IMG/VR virus record: IMGVR_UViG_3300045988_062919
DNA: 44,175 nt
Direction: 5' to 3' (one strand)
Source of the DNA: a virus
Shown here: piece by piece, positions 42,408-44,175 of the stretch
Numbering within the stretch: the stretch's first letter is position 1
Layout: the number at the start of each line of letters is the position of its first letter
Position numbers and translations under genes: made by a program
Notes under the pieces: model-generated
The model's database searches: none
Seen by the model: the letters and a program-made list of their open reading frames with translations, nothing else
What the model was told of the DNA's origin: nothing

Positions 42408-43795
42408 TTATCACCGTTTCCAACACACTTACAATCGAAAACCCATCGGCAGAAATGCAAATATGGTGCAAAAAGCACCTGACGATTCCCAACCCGGATT
42501 ATGCCAAAAAAGCTCGCATGAATCTGTGGCTCGGTAACACCCCAAAGGTTCTCAGCCTGTATGAGCAGAGAGGAAACACCCTTATCCTGCCTTTCGGGAC
42601 GCTGAGGACACTACCTGATTCTGTGAAGGAGAACGCCCTGTTTGTGGGCGATTTCCAAGCCCCTGAGAGGGTTTTGTATGGAGGGGTAGATATTCCCCTG
42701 TATGACTACCAAAAGGTCGCTGTGGACGCTGTGGCGGCTGGACAGTACGGTATTCTGCAAAGCCCCGCAGGTAGCGGTAAAACGCAGATGGGGATAGCTC
42801 TTGTAAAGCGATTTGAAAAGAAAGCCCTCTGGCTTACCCATACGCTTGACCTGCTCAGACAGAGCAAGGAACGAGCGGAACGATACATGGACAAACGGCT
42901 GATTGGCACAATCACCGAGGGCAAGGTCAACATTGGAAGCGGTATCACATTCGCTACCATTCAGACCATGTGCAAACTCGACCTCTCCCAGTATAAAAAC
43001 CTGTGGGACACCGTCATTGTGGACGAGTGCCACCGTTGTTCCGGGACACCCACCGCTATGACGCAGTTTTACAAGGTTTTGAACAGTTTAGCGGCTCGAC
43101 ATAAAATCGGTCTCTCAGCTACCGTACACAGGTCAGACGGTATGATTGAAGCCACCTACGCACTTCTCGGTCATGTGATCTACACCGTTCCTGATGAAGC
43201 CGTTGGTGACAAGATTATGAAAGTCGGTATTCTCCCTGTTTCAACAGGAGTGGAGCTTGGACGAGCGTGTCTGAATACTGACGGTACGCTGAATTACTCA
43301 AAGCTGATTACTTACCTCACCGAAAATCTTTGCCGGGAAGAAATTATCGTCAACGCAATCAAGCTCAACGAGGGCAAGAGCTGTCTAATTCTCTCTGACA
43401 GGCTCAATCACTTGGAGCACCTTATGAGCTGGCTCCCGGCGCACATGAGACGGGACGCTGTGATGGTGAGCGGAAAAATGACAACGAAAAAGGGCAAGGC
43501 CGAACGGGAAAAAGCCATTGAGGATATGCGGGTAGGAAAGAAAAAGTACCTGTTCGCTACCTACTCACTGGCAAAAGAAGGCTTGGATATACCTCGCTTA
43601 GAGCGGCTGTTCCTCACTACACCTCAAAAGGATTATGCGGTGGTGACACAGAGCATTGGCAGAATCGCTCGTGTCTGTGAGGGCAAGACAGACCCCATTG
43701 TCTATGATTTTGTTGACAATATCGCTTACCTTGTAAAGTCCTACAAGAAGCGTTGCACGACCTACCGTAAGAACGGTTGCTATTTTGTGGAATAG
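42404..43795 (+). CDS. SF2 DEAD/DEAH-box helicase
   Basis: Walker A SPAGSGKT, DECH box (VIVDECHR), SAT-like GLSATV, and a C-terminal helicase domain (ATYSLAKEGLDIP...QSIGRIAR). Confidence 0.8.
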   Translation: MIITVSNTLTIENPSAEMQIWCKKHLTIPNPDYAKKARMNLWLGNTPKVLSLYEQRGNTLILPFGTLRTLPDSVKENALFVGDFQAPERVLYGGVDIPLYDYQKVAVDAVAAGQYGILQSPAGSGKTQMGIALVKRFEKKALWLTHTLDLLRQSKERAERYMDKRLIGTITEGKVNIGSGITFATIQTMCKLDLSQYKNLWDTVIVDECHRCSGTPTAMTQFYKVLNSLAARHKIGLSATVHRSDGMIEATYALLGHVIYTVPDEAVGDKIMKVGILPVSTGVELGRACLNTDGTLNYSKLITYLTENLCREEIIVNAIKLNEGKSCLILSDRLNHLEHLMSWLPAHMRRDAVMVSGKMTTKKGKAEREKAIEDMRVGKKKYLFATYSLAKEGLDIPRLERLFLTTPQKDYAVVTQSIGRIARVCEGKTDPIVYDFVDNIAYLVKSYKKRCTTYRKNGCYFVE

Positions 43796-43806
43796 GAGGT
43801 GAGACA

Positions 43807-44175
43807 GTGAGATTGATTGTTTACGATGTAGAGGTCTTTTGTGAAGACTGGCTGGTGGTTCTCAAAGATATGGAAAGCGGCAAATATACCGTTGTCCATA
43901 ACGATAATGAGGTGTTGAAGCAGTGTATCACAGAGGACAACATCTATGTCGGATTTAACAGCAAGCACTACGATCAGTTCATCATCAAAGCAATCTGCTG
44001 TGGGTTTATTCCGCAGGAGGTGAAACAGGTCAACGATTACCTTATTGGCGGCGGTCAGGGCTGGGAATACCCACCTCTGAAAGACTTCTTTTTCCGCTTC
44101 AACAATGTGGACATCAAAGACGATATGCAGATGGGCTTGTCCCTAAAGGCTATCGAAGGACACTTGGGGTTATCT
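43807..44175 (+). CDS. Family B DNA polymerase, N-terminal exonuclease part (continues at position 2 across the circular junction)
   Basis: GGAGGTG RBS and GTG at 43807. VYDVEVF (Exo I DxE) and NSKHYDQFI (Exo II). The frame is continuous into the 5..2206 ORF. Confidence 0.8.
   Translation, partial: MRLIVYDVEVFCEDWLVVLKDMESGKYTVVHNDNEVLKQCITEDNIYVGFNSKHYDQFIIKAICCGFIPQEVKQVNDYLIGGGQGWEYPPLKDFFFRFNNVDIKDDMQMGLSLKAIEGHLGLS
44121..44175. repeat. Terminal overlap copy (identical to 1..55)
   Basis: Direct comparison. Confidence 0.95.

Overview
The window is one complete, circularly closed temperate phage genome. Bases 1..55 are identical to 44121..44175, so the unique length is about 44,120 bp, and a family B DNA polymerase gene reads across that junction. 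Strong GGAGG ribosome-binding sites and the gene content suggest a siphovirus-like phage of a Firmicutes/Clostridia-type host. Apart from the integrase and CI-like repressor, all convincing genes are on the + strand.

Modules in order:
- Replication/recombination: polB, ERF annealase, YqaJ exonuclease, prim-pol, D5/P4-type primase-helicase.
- Nucleotide metabolism: HD hydrolase, DUF5664-like protein, ThyX.
- A lone MazF-like toxin next to a frameshifted Dam methyltransferase.
- TerS.
- A roughly 3.6-kb accessory island with its own promoter, small unknown ORFs, about 0.5 kb of G+T-skewed non-coding DNA, an Xre HTH protein and a small Hin/resolvase-type serine recombinase.
- TerL, portal, scaffold, capsid, connectors, major tail protein, G/GT chaperone with a GGGAAAC -1 slippery site, and tape measure.
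- Tail/fibre genes.
- Lysis module: amidase and holins.
- Lysogeny module: large serine integrase, CI-like and Cro-like proteins.
- RecU-like resolvase and an SF2 helicase.

Most notable observations:
1. A complete diversity-generating retroelement (DGR). It has a 120-bp variable repeat (VR) in the tail-fibre C-terminus, a 120-bp template repeat (TR) and a reverse transcriptase (RT). All 19 VR/TR mismatches fall at TR adenines. No Avd gene is recognisable.
2. Three copies of a 106-136-bp nested-palindrome element built on the 9-mer GTAGTTAAA, each at a module boundary. One overlaps the 3' end of the small serine recombinase gene, and one carries five tandem copies of the 9-mer.
3. A duplicated terminator-like leader RNA motif immediately upstream of terL and portal. 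The portal copy follows a consensus promoter.
4. An unusual set of single-site gene lesions or recoding candidates: in-frame TAG, TGA and TAA in three different ORFs; homopolymer-associated frame breaks at G7, A6 and T5; and an integrase without a canonical start codon.

All product calls rest on motif recognition by eye. No database search was possible.
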